A stretch of 64,000 bases of DNA from Blastocystis sp. Blastoise (Eukaryota > Protista > Bigyra: Opalinata). Below, piece by piece: positions 49,560 to 64,000 of the stretch (positions within the stretch are counted from its first letter, which is position 1; each line of letters starts with the position of its first letter). The DNA is taken from positions 248,001-312,000 of the forward strand of contig JBBPEB010000007.1 in NCBI GenBank assembly GCA_039096225.1. Direction: 5' to 3'. The translations under genes and the position numbers were made by a program. The notes beneath the pieces were generated by a model. That model made no database searches and was not told the origin of the DNA. It was given only the letters and a program-made list of their open reading frames with translations.

Positions 49560-50168
49560 TATAAAGTAATTCTTTTTATTAATATATGTATATAATTCTA
49601 TTTTATATTGTTCATTCTTAATATATATATATTATTATCTAATAAAATTAATATTTTGTTTTCTAATAAAACTATAAGTCCTATAGTCTATTCACTGCGC
49701 TCTTAAGATCTTTCCATTTTATTTTATTATAATTATACTATGTTGTTAATATTAATAATTGTTTTCTTCTATAAATAAATAGTCTATCTCAAATTACAAA
49801 AAGGTGACTATATATATATATATATATATTAACAACTGATTCATTTTAAAATTGTATTTTCACATGATTTTATAAAAGAAATGCTTCTTTATATAACTAA
49901 ACATATCTATACTTTAAATTAATATAAATAAAACCCGATAAACTAGTCAAAATTAAAAAAAAAAGACATAACAATAATTCTTTATATAAAAACTAAGAAA
50001 AATAAATGAATATTATTTCACAATAAATAAAAACTATTGTATCTAAATAGAAAAAAGATATATATATTTATATTATGTTTTATACATGTATTTATAATTA
50101 AAAAAAAATATAAGAAGTATTTTCTTTTAATAATTAAAAATATAATACTATAATACATTCATTTATAT

Positions 50169-51667
50169 TTATAAAAGTATTTTCTTTCCTCTTTCTTCAT
50201 TATCTTCTAAAATTTCTTCTTGTTTTTCTTCTATTGAAGGAACTGGCTCCTCTTTCTCATAAGCTTTATTTAAGATTTCTTCTAATTGATTAATAGAAAT
50301 AAGACCATCACCATCTTTATCCATCTTTGTTATAATACTTTTAGCCTATATATACAAATGGAATAATAATTATTATTATAAATAAAATAATAATAAATTC
50401 TAATAATTAAAAAAACACTAATTAAATAATTAATGAAAAAAATACTCATTAAAAAATAAATAAAAAAAAATACTTATTAAATAATAAATAAAAAAAAACA
50501 CTACATAAATAATTAAAAAAAAACATTAAATAATAAAATAAAAAACATATAATATGCTTCTTCTTCACTTCTTGTTTCTTTTAATCCTTTTAATAAAGCT
50601 ACTCCTAATTCATATTTATGTATATTACCATCATTATCATAATCTAAAATCTTTTTACTATCCCCAATTTGATGATCTAAATGATTCAAATCAACTTCTA
50701 TATTCTTTAACATCTTATTTAAATAATTAATAGCTTTATCTACTATTTCAGGCTTTTCGACTTCTTCTTCTTTAGTTTCTTGAGCAGTTTCTTTTATTTC
50801 TTTCTTTAATTCTTCTAATGTTTCTCTTTCGTTAACTACATAACTCTTAGAAGCCATTGCTTTTAATGTTTCTAATTCTTTTATACTTAAAGTAGCTTTT
50901 TCACCATTCTCAGTATGTGTTTCAATAGCTATAGATTCAGGATTTATTGTTTCTGAAGAAGTACTAGTCACAGAATCAGACGGAATAGCAGACTATATAT
51001 ATATATATTAAAATAATCAATTAATTATTAAAAAAATAATATTGTATTGTTTAGTAAATATATATTATATAAATATATACTTCTTCTGATTGATCATTAT
51101 TATCAATAATCGTTTGAATAACTTGTTCTTCTTTAATTTTCTTTTCTTCTTCTTTAATAACTTGATATTTAATTGCTTTAGCTAGTTTATCATCACTTGG
51201 AGCAGCTTCAATAATAGCCTATATATATATAATGCATTATTTAATAATTTTTTATTTTAAATAATTTATAATATAAATAAAACAATATAAAACTATAGAT
51301 ATATATACTTCTTTAACAGTAGAATCAGATAAAGACGAAATAGATGAAGAAAGATTTTCAATCATATTATTCTGACGAGAAGTAATAGACATAGCATTAG
51401 ATAATAAGAGAAGAGTAAATAATTAAAGATATTCTATAGTATTATTATATTATTATATATTATTATATATTATATATTATTTATTATATATAAATAAGGA
51501 TATGTAATCGGAACTTTTTCATTTACAGAAAGATTAAGCCATTCTTTCATTTGATTATAATAACCAGCCTATATAAGTTTATATATATATATATATAATA
51601 ATAATTATTATTATTATTACTATTATTATTATATTTATTACTATTATTATTATTATATATATATATA

Positions 51668-51716
<49 letters not shown>

Positions 51717-52881
51717 CTTTATTAAGTTTAGTAGACATCATACCACGTTCTTGACACGCAGTACGAAGTTCACTCACTGTTAAATCATCTAATCCCTATA
51801 TTATATATATATAATATATATATAATAATAATAATAAAAATAATTATTATTATAAATAGAATAAACATAATAATAATAAGCATTATATATATATTAATAC
51901 TTCATAGAATATTTCAAGATCATCAGTGATAAGATATTTAATTTTACTTCTTAATTGTACACGTAAATATTCTTCAGGTCCATAAGTAGCTACACCCATA
52001 AAACGACATAATGTTACTAACTATAATAAATATATATATATAATAAATAATAGATATAATAAAACTAACATAAACAAACAAAATATATATATATTATATA
52101 AAAAATTAAATAAATTAAAATAATGAAAATACTTGTGTTCTAGGCATATTATCAATAGTAATATCATTACTAAATAATTTGGATAATTCTACAATTTCAG
52201 TGGTTGATTTTAATTGTCCATCACGTGCTTCTTGTATAGCTGTTAATAAACTCTATTTATATTTATAAAAATAAAATTAAAAAAAAATAATAATAATTAT
52301 ATAAATAGAAATATATATACTTCAGCACTATCTCTATCTTTTCCATCTTCCAATTTAGTTTTTGCCATTTGTTCAATCGCATCTTGGAACACAGTTGCTA
52401 AAGATAATCGTGTTTCGAGGGATTTCTGCATTTTTGTTTCTTTACTTGTTTCTGATTCGAATGTTGATGGCAACATATTAGGGAAAAACTATAATTAAAT
52501 GAATAATATATATATATATTAAAAACAATAAAAAAATATAATATAATATATATATTAAAAATATTTTTTAAATTTTTAAAAAGTATATATATATATTAAA
52601 AACAATATATAAATATATATATATACTGTTAAAAAGAAAGGAAGTGTGAATTCCATAAAAGGAACAATAATAAAAACAGAAAAAGGGATCATTCGTAACG
52701 TATCCCCAACAGCACGTGTTAATTGTTTCTTTTCTCTTCTAGAAAGCATGCCTCCAAGAGCCATTTTATACCCCAATTTAGTGCCGGTAGCCATCTCTTT
52801 ACCTAATAATTTAGTACTAATCCATATATGATGTAATCCATTCTTTGTAGCCTTCCATCCCTTTGAAATCATAGGGCCTGC

Positions 52882-52925
<44 letters not shown>

Positions 52926-53895
52926 ATTATTTATTTTTTAATTTATTTATTTATTTAGATTATTATATATATATATATATAAGATAGTGAATACTATTTA
53001 TTATAATAATAATAAATATTTTAAATATATAAATAGTATCTATATAATAACACATATATATATACTTCTTTTGGATGCATACAATAATGAGCGGTTAATG
53101 TACATATATGACCTGTACCATTCTATATATATATATATAAATAATATTAAAAAAATATACAAATAAATAATAAATAATAAATAAATAAATAAATAAATAA
53201 ATAATAAATAAAATAAATAAATAAATAAACAAATAAATATAAATAAACAATAATTACAATTATTTTAGAACTATATTTGCATGTTTTAGATTCAGGAAAT
53301 AAGAAATCATAACGATTTTTATTATTCTACATATAATAATAAAAATATTTTAATTTAACAAAAAATACCTTAGGAAGATCATCAAGATTATGAATTGTCT
53401 ATACAAAATCATTAATCAATTGACTATTCATGTTAATATAACATACAGATTCTGTGATTTTATTGACATTATCCATAATTATTTTTTGTGTTTCCATAAT
53501 CTTCTTTTGTTCATCAGTAGCATTTGATATCTTAGCAGAAGATACTATAAAGCAAATCAAGTGTTATAAAAAAGTTATTCTTTTACAAAAAGTTATTCTT
53601 TATGTAAAAATACCTGAATTATTATTTTGATTTACAACAGTCTTCGCAGAAGCATTTACAGTTTCTGAAAAGCATCTTACATCTATTCTAATAAAAAATA
53701 AATGAAAAAAAGAGATACTTTGATAAAGAGCAGGAATAGTCTATAAAAATTAAAATATAAAGCATTATAAAGTTGTCAAATAATATGTATACTCTGATTG
53801 CCATTGATTTTGCAACCATAGATCCAGCCATATATAAACTTCGATTTAAACTCTAATGCAATGAGAATTTATAGAAAACATGCGCTTACAAGCAT
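50169..53895 (-). CDS. LETM1: LETM1/Mdm38 mitochondrial inner-membrane protein with EF-hand-like loops
   Basis: Presequence-like MLSLNRSLYMAG, then HHIWISTKLL..LSRREKKQLTRAVGDTLRMIPFSVFIIVPFMEFTLPF, FPNMLPSTF, ELRTACQERGM, WLNLSVNEKVPITLLLLS, DYDNDGNI and DKDGDGLIS. Confidence 0.93.
51415..51503 (-). other. U12-type (minor spliceosome) AT-AC intron in LETM1
   Basis: 5' splice site ATATCCTT, branch-like TCTTTAAT just upstream of the terminal TAC. Removing it restores VPIT-LLLLSNAM in frame. Confidence 0.9.
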
Positions 53896-54834
53896 TTCTT
53901 ATAACTTTTTATTGTGTTTTTAATAGAATTCAAATAGATGAAGTATAAATGAATACAACAACCTAAAAAGTAAAATACGTATAGAAACCGATATAAAAAT
54001 GTATATAAATGTGTCCCGTGAAAAAATAGGGTAAATGAGTGATATTTTTCGATTTTTTTTCAAGAATCTCCAACGACAAACCATTTCTAATTTTTCCAAG
54101 AAAAGTCATCTGATACTACGTGAATGATTGGTTCTCCCTGCGTAACTCACAGACGAACTTTTTATTAATCATTTCCCCGTTTTCTGGAAGCATCCATTGT
54201 ATTCTTCTTCCTAAATGTCATATTTATACACATTATATTGTATCTTATGGTATAAATACAAACATATTTTCGTGAGTAATCCTGATGATAAAATTTCGAA
54301 AAGTCATTAAATGATTTGAATATAGTATTCCATTTAGTGGATCAACTCAGTCATCGTATCCTGAATGCTACAGAGATATTCATGAAAAAAAATAATGAAA
54401 TTTTAAATGGATGAAAGTCTTTTATTGTTTGCAAACGATAATTTGAGATCGTTTATGATGCATCATTATTGACTTATACATACACATAAGTTTTTGACAT
54501 CTAATAGATAAGTTGAAATACTTATTATTATTATAATATATGTTTTTATGAGTTATGAGTATTGCAAAGAACTGGAAAAAGTGAGGAGATCAAATTCATA
54601 ATTAAATAGTTGTTGAGAAAAAGAAATCTTATTTCAAGACATGACATTACTGGACGAAATCTATTAAAAATAAATTGAATAAGAATAACTATATTTCTGT
54701 CATATGATTTTAATAAATAATCAAATCAAATAGCATCAAATAGAGATATAAATTAAAAAATGATAAAAAAACAAAGAAAAATCGATATTGAATCATTAAT
54801 TCTTCAAATATCGTTTGTTATTCTATAATTATAA

Positions 54835-55918
54835 ATGGATCATTCTTCATCAGAGGATGACAATCAGTATATGTCTTATAAAGACATGATAAGGAGTCGA
54901 TCCAATTCACTGAGTTCAGATTCCTCATCAAAATCAGATTCAAAGTTAAAAACAAGAGCTAAAGAGAATACTCATTCAAAGTATAATGATATTCATTATT
55001 ATTCTAAGATTATATACATAGAATAGATGATAAAGAGATGAAAGAGTTTCAAGATTTGGTTTATAATAATGAAGAATCAAGAGATAGATATTCAGATCGT
55101 CTTGATAGAAGAAGTCATTCAAGAAGTAGAAGTTCTTTGAAACAATCTAGGAATTATAAGCGTTCTCGTTCAAGAAGTCGTTCTCCTTCGTATTCAGATT
55201 ATGATTCTTATAGTTCATCACGAGGTTCTTCGAGGAATTCATCAAGGTCTCGTAGTCGTTCATCTTCCTATCATTCTCATCGTCATCACTCGACAAAGAA
55301 AACACATAGAGATTGGGAAGTTCCTCGAAATCCCTTATTTGCTGCACATGACACACGATATTATTATGAACATCTTCATGATAAAAAGTATATTGTTTTT
55401 TATATAATATTCATTATAGTATTTTCTTTTATTATGTATATAAATGTATAGAAGACATAGAAATCGATCCAATTCACCTTCATGGAATCATGACGCATTT
55501 ATAGAAGTATTTTATTTTTATTATTTTTTATATTTATTCTAAATCAAGATATATTTTTTATTTTTTTGAATAATATCTTTTTTTTTACTCTTATTATATA
55601 TAAATATATTAAATGATATCTTATTTTTTTACTCTTATTATATATATTTTATTTTTTTTTAATGATATCCTATTATTTTATTCTTTATATATATATATAT
55701 TATTTTTTTAATGATATCCTCTTTTTTTTTACTCTTATTATATATATATAAAATTATAGAGAGCAAAAAGTCCTTCTCCAGAGCGACCAAAAACAAATAG
55801 TCCTTATATTCCAGAACAACCTACATGGATATCAAAAGCAGGTGGAGTAGCTATTTTTACTGGAAAAGTAACTACATCAGCATCCAGTCAAAAGAAGAAT
55901 ATTTATGATGATTATTAG
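54835..55918 (+). CDS. RS-rich protein with Btz/CASC3-like motif, 4 exons
   Basis: RS dipeptide runs. WEVPRNPLFAAHDTR...WNHDAF resembles the Btz (SELOR) pattern P[RK]xxxFxxHDxR...WxHDxF. Confidence 0.6.
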
Positions 55919-56469
55919 AATTTATTTTATTATTATTATTTTATCGTTTTTATTTTGTTTACAATTTTCATTTTATAATTCGTGAAGGTATCTGACACTA
56001 TGCTATTAAGTTATAATAATTATGAGGAATAAAAACAATTGAAGAAAGAATTATGAGATATTGTCTCATTTCAGTGTATTTTTATTGGTCTTCTGTTATC
56101 TCTTGTATTTGAGTCGATGTATAAACTATATTACATAATACTTATAAGTATATTTTCTTTAAAAAACAGAGAAATGATCACATTTTAATCAGCAATTACG
56201 TTTGAAATAGATATTTTTTTGAGTACCATATTCTATATATAATACTAAACTTGTACACGTAGATATATATACAAGCAAGTACATTATAATGAAGATAGAA
56301 TCCATTATTGAAAGCTAATAAATAATCGTGATTTTATTGTTAATTTACCGAGGAAAAAAAATATCCAATTTGTGGTCAACTGGGCTTTTCGTGAAAACAA
56401 CATTTTTTTTTACCATTTTATTTATCAACTTTTTGGAACACCGCTACAGGTATTATCTCGAAGTTGGAA

Positions 56470-60112
<3,643 letters not shown>

Positions 60113-60576
60113 ACTATTTGAATGTTTGATATTTATACATTCATCGAATCTCTGTTAGATAGTATATTTAGTATCTAATTAGAACAACTATTTGTTTCCA
60201 TTATTTCTTTTACTTATTTGTTTGTGTTTTGATTTATATTTCTTCGAAAAACTATTCTCATCTCATAGTAGACTGTCACATCTCCTATTCATATGTTTTC
60301 ACTCTTATTTTCTTCTCTTGTTAAATTCCATGTGTTATTTTTTTTTGTTTTGTATATCATTCTTTTCTTAACGTTTCAACTTATCTTTTTACTCAATATT
60401 CATTGACTCAGTGATTCCTAACTAGTTGATTTAAAGAAAAAAAAAGAAATAATTTAAAGAAAAATAAATCAGGAATATTCTAGTTTTTTGCCTTGATATT
60501 CAAAATAATTGAGAATAATTATTTTTTTGAAGAAAAAGTTAATTATTTTTGTTTTTATTTAAATCTCTAGAAACTA

Positions 60577-60930
60577 ATGGTATTTTTTTGTTTTCATATA
60601 AGTATTTATAATAATTTATAGAGTACTCCAGATAGATTTAATGTAAATATTTCATTCTCAAAGAATTGGGAACATTTACAAAATAAATTTGTTGGTACTG
60701 GACATCCAGATATTACAAAATATAATTGGGCTGTCAATCAACAAAGAGATATGCTTGCATCACACATTGGTCATGAAGATATGATTTATTATGCATCTGT
60801 TGCAGAAAATCAATCTATTGCCAGAACACGATATGATATGCTCGAAGTAAGTCATGTTCTTTTTTTGTTTATCTGTATATAGAAAATGATTCAACCCTGT
60901 GGACCTCCACCTATTAAAGAAGATGATTAA
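60577..60930 (+). CDS. SF3B5: Splicing factor 3B subunit 5, 3 exons
   Basis: DRFNV..WEHLQNKFVGTGHPDITKYNWAVNQQRDMLASHIGH..AENQSIARTRYDMLE/KMIQPCGPPP. Missed by the ORF track. Confidence 0.95.
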
Positions 60931-61237
60931 ATTGTTCTCATCTATTTGTTTCTCTATTTATCCCTTTCATTTTGTTTTGTTAGTCACAAATTATCTTTCT
61001 TTCTTAACAAAAGCATTTGAAATATATAAAGTGATATTATAAAACTCTAAATATTATTTTATTCATATTAAAAAATAAGTTCATTTGATAAATATCTATT
61101 TTTTGTTTAAAAAAATATTATTTTAATTCTCGAAAAATATTAAGAAAATAATTACCAAAATTCAATGTTTTTCAGATTCTTTAATAAATAAATAAAACAA
61201 CACATTGAGTTTTTTCATTTTTAATAAGAAAATAGCT

Positions 61238-61991
61238 ATGGAAAATAATCATGATCGTATATTCAATGCTTCCTATATATAATAAATACATTTAGGTTCT
61301 AAGTCTGATAAAAAAAGTCAATACCAAAATGGAAATCAGGTGAAACTTGAAGCAAAAAGTATATTAATTATATTATTATAATATAAAACATATTTCTAGA
61401 AACAAAAAGACAACGAGATCTTGCAAAATTATCACAAACTGTATGTTGTTTAATGAATCTCTAAATAGAATTCATTGTTGTTTTTCATTTATATAGGAAA
61501 AAGACCAACGAACTGTTTTCGCATCTAACCTTCCTGAAGGTCTCACTGAAGTATGCTACTTTTTCCAATCTTCCTTTTTTTCTTTTATTTTTTTCATTTA
61601 TTTTTCATAGAAACATTTATTAGCAGCTTTTAGTACAGTAGGCAGAGTTCTCTCAGTTACTATGAATAAAGATTCTGAAGGGAAATTAACCGAATGTCAA
61701 GTGATATTTGATACTTTATCCAGTACTGCCAAATGTCTAAATAATATAGATGGTGTTCGTATTCGTGGACACATTTTATCTGTATATTATTATTTTTGTT
61801 TGTTTTATCAAGAATTATTTTTTATTTTATTCATAGGTTTATCAATCGAAAACAAAAGATAACTCTGTATATTATTATTATTATTATATTTATTATTATA
61901 TTTATGATGATTCATATATTGATATATTATTGATATATTATTATTATAGACATTATTATTACCTGGTACTTATGTTAATCCTGCTGCTTAT

Positions 61992-62035
<44 letters not shown>

Positions 62036-62883
62036 CACTATTGTTATTCTCATCTCTTTAATAATATATATATATAGACGACAATGTATTATAAATGTTG
62101 GCTCCATAAACTATACAATTCCTGCTGCATCTATTCAAGTATTTGCTATTATAATTCATTTATATATATATATCTTTTATATTTATTTATGAATATAATT
62201 ATTATGTTTATTGTTATGATTATCATTTTTATATCGGAATTATTATCAAACTCAATATTATTATATTTATTATGATTATGATTATATTAATTATTGTATA
62301 TTACATAACATATATATAAATAGATGATTTTCTCTCCTTTTGGTACTATTTTGAATTGTCGAATGATTGAAGATCCTGCTACTGGTCTGCATAAGGGCTA
62401 TGGCTTTATCGAATTTGATAATCCAGAAAGTGCTAAGAAGGCTATCGATGTATATATATACTATTATTATATATATATTATTATTATTATTTTTACTAAA
62501 TTTTTTTATGAATTATATATTTATATTTCTATATACAGAATTCTACTATATAATCTATATATTAATATATGTATATATAGGCTATGAATGGTGTCACTAT
62601 TGAAGGTCGACCGATGAAAGTACGTTATGCTAATACTTGTATTCCTGGTAAGTGAATAAATATTATTATTAGTTGTTTTTTTTTTAAAATTTAATTTATT
62701 TAGTACTATTTTTTTAGTTTATATTTTATATTATTATTCTTTTAATTTAATATATATATTATTAGTCTTTAAATTTTGTTTATATATTATTATTCTTTTA
62801 ATATATTATATTATTATTCGTTTATTTCTTTAGGTCTTGGTGTTAATACTAATCTTATTAATAGTTATCAACAAATTATGTAA
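61238..62883 (+). CDS. Two-RRM RNA-binding protein; second RRM is PUF60-like
   Basis: RTVFASNLP (RNP2), then CIINVGSINY..FSPFGTI..DPATGLHKGYGFIEF (RNP1)..AMNGVTIEGRPMKV. All introns are canonical. Confidence 0.8.
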
Positions 62884-63137
62884 CTTTATTAAATTCACAT
62901 TTTTCTGTTTTATTTTTTTTCTCGTTTATAATTTGATTTATAGGTTTTATTTTTAATCTATTTTTTAATGTTTTATATAAATTAACTAGATTAAAAAATA
63001 TAAATAACGAACTTATAGGATAAAAGAATAATATATATAGTCATACACTATTAGTATTATAAGTATAGAAAAAAACACAATATTAAATATATTTAAATAG
63101 AAGTTATTTTTTAAATAATAAGAATATAAATAATTTT

Positions 63138-64000
63138 TTATTCATGATCAGAAGGATTATGTTGTTCGTTAGTACTTTGCCATTTATTTACTAATCCAGA
63201 GAATAATCTATATACATATATAAATAGTAGAATACTATATAAAAGAATATATATACATATATACAAATATAAATAGTATAATACTATATAAAAGAATATA
63301 TATATATATAAATATATACGAATTAGGATCTTCTAAGAGTATAGCAGGTTGTTCGAATTCTTTAACTTCTCCAGCTTCTAAAACCATGACTTTATCACTA
63401 TCAATAATAGTATGTATTCTATGAGCAATAGTAATCACAGTACAATCTTTAAATTCTTCTTTCATTGTTTTTTGTATTTTAAGATCTGTTTCAACATCAA
63501 TAGAAGCAGTAGCTTCATCCATTAAGATAATCTTTGTATGATGCAATAATGCTCTAGCTATACATAATAACTGACGTTGACCAACACTATAATTATTACC
63601 ATGCTCTTCTACCATTGATGATAAACCTAAATCAGAAGAAGCAATTACATCCTTCATATGAGCTCGCTATATAGAATATATTATTATATTATATATTGAA
63701 AGAGCTCATAATGATTGTTATTAATATATAAATAAATATAATAAATAATATAACAAAGAAAAATAAATAATAAATAATTATATAATAATAATAATATAAT
63801 ATAATAATAAAAAAACAATAAAATAATAATAATAAATAGTATATACTTCTAAAGCAATCCATATATCGCTATCTTTATATTCATCAAAAGGATCTATATT
63901 TTCTCTTATGGTACCACTAAATAAAACAGGTTCTTGTGAAATAATAGCTATACGACTTCTTAAGTCATGTAATCCTATTTCACTTATATTCATATTATCG
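63138..64000 (-). CDS. ABCC/MRP transporter, C-terminal NBD2 (partial)
   Basis: [66 protein letters not shown]. Confidence 0.95.

Noticed and set aside
55560-55750. Short intronic tandem repeats (also ~9555-9625 and ~56810-56890) as CRISPR-like arrays
   Set aside because: Degenerate AT-rich slippage duplications without unique spacers, in a eukaryote.

Overview
Very AT-rich (roughly 20% GC by eye), intron-rich eukaryotic nuclear DNA. The gene content (LETM1, Prp43, SF3B5, Derlin, SIAE, expanded BTB-TLDc genes) and one U12 intron fit an anaerobic gut stramenopile such as Blastocystis or Proteromonas; this taxonomic call is inference. Bases 1-26.6 kb are an accessory array of seven BTB/POZ-like genes in birth-and-death evolution: three BTB-TLDc and four BTB-LRR-like. 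The LRR-like genes encode about one repeat per exon with mostly phase-1 introns, and one paralog lacks a whole exon block while staying in frame. A 1.35-kb foldback element (8-bp TSD) lies within the array and a 97-bp CACTA miniature (3-bp TSD) lies just beyond it. Bases 27-64 kb hold a secreted sialate O-acetylesterase, Derlin, a decayed gene, a large secreted Cys-rich Ig/HRM-repeat protein, an RCC1+TBC protein with 106 consecutive Asn, and LETM1 with a U12 AT-AC intron. These are followed by four co-oriented splicing genes (Btz-like, Prp43, SF3B5, PUF60-like) and the 3' end of an ABCC transporter. Four of ten Prp43 introns lack canonical boundaries, and each odd base matches the spliced mRNA, so this is either an assembly artefact or unusual biology. 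Gene models were spliced by eye and domain names come from motif recognition, not searches.
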